Origin: Felis catus
Taxonomy: Eukaryota
Length of the DNA: 64,000 nucleotides
NCBI RefSeq assembly: GCF_018350175.1
Contig: NC_058369.1
Location: 18,290,001 to 18,354,000 of the forward strand
Reading direction: 5' to 3'
The notes beneath the pieces were generated by a model, which was not told where the DNA came from, searched no databases, and saw only the letters and a program-made list of their open reading frames with translations. Shown one piece after another: positions 63,730-64,000 of the stretch. Each line of letters opens with the position of its first letter. The first letter of the stretch is position 1. Position numbers and translations under genes: made by a program.

Positions 63730-64000
63730 AAAACTCACTATTCTTACAGTGGCAGGATAATCTAGTGACTCCCACTGACTTAAGTTTTGTTCTCACAATA
63801 GTGAGAGCCTGGTGAGAAGTGTGGTCATTTCCTTCCACCCAGGCAGTTCTGAGTATTCCTGTACCTGGAGAGAATTTCACCTGCTTCTTTGCTTCTAAAC
63901 CATGTAATGCTCCTTTTCCATTGAGGTAGTAAAGCCTATAGTCTCTGAGCAGGTGCAGCTTGGGCTGGGGTTCCAGCTGAAGAGGCCTTGGAGGAGAAGT

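Overview
Mammalian genomic DNA, most likely from a felid given the Felidae-type tRNA-derived SINEC copies, and syntenic with human 3p21.31. Gene order: QARS1 (-, last exon runs off the window), USP19 (-), LAMB2 (-), a decayed laminin-beta paralog (LAMB2-like/LAMB2P1; -), CCDC71 (-), KLHDC8B (+), and the last two exons of C3orf84/CIMIP7 (-), whose intron holds L1, L2 and SINE copies plus an RPL34 retrocopy. Exons were mapped by hand; reading phases are consistent, assuming the gap-hidden parts are of expected length. The most notable unexplained structure is an ~8.6 kb unprocessed laminin-beta pseudogene traceable from signal peptide to the terminal Cys-stop. It carries LAMB1-like residues and lacks the block for domain IV and most of the second LE array. 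Other points: a candidate AUA-initiated USP19 extension, a spliced uORF in CCDC71, uORFs in KLHDC8B, and a decayed coding-like segment downstream of a possible divergent QARS1 promoter. Two N gaps lie in mapped coding exons and the third is inferred to hide one. Gene names come from recognising translated sequence; no database search was run.
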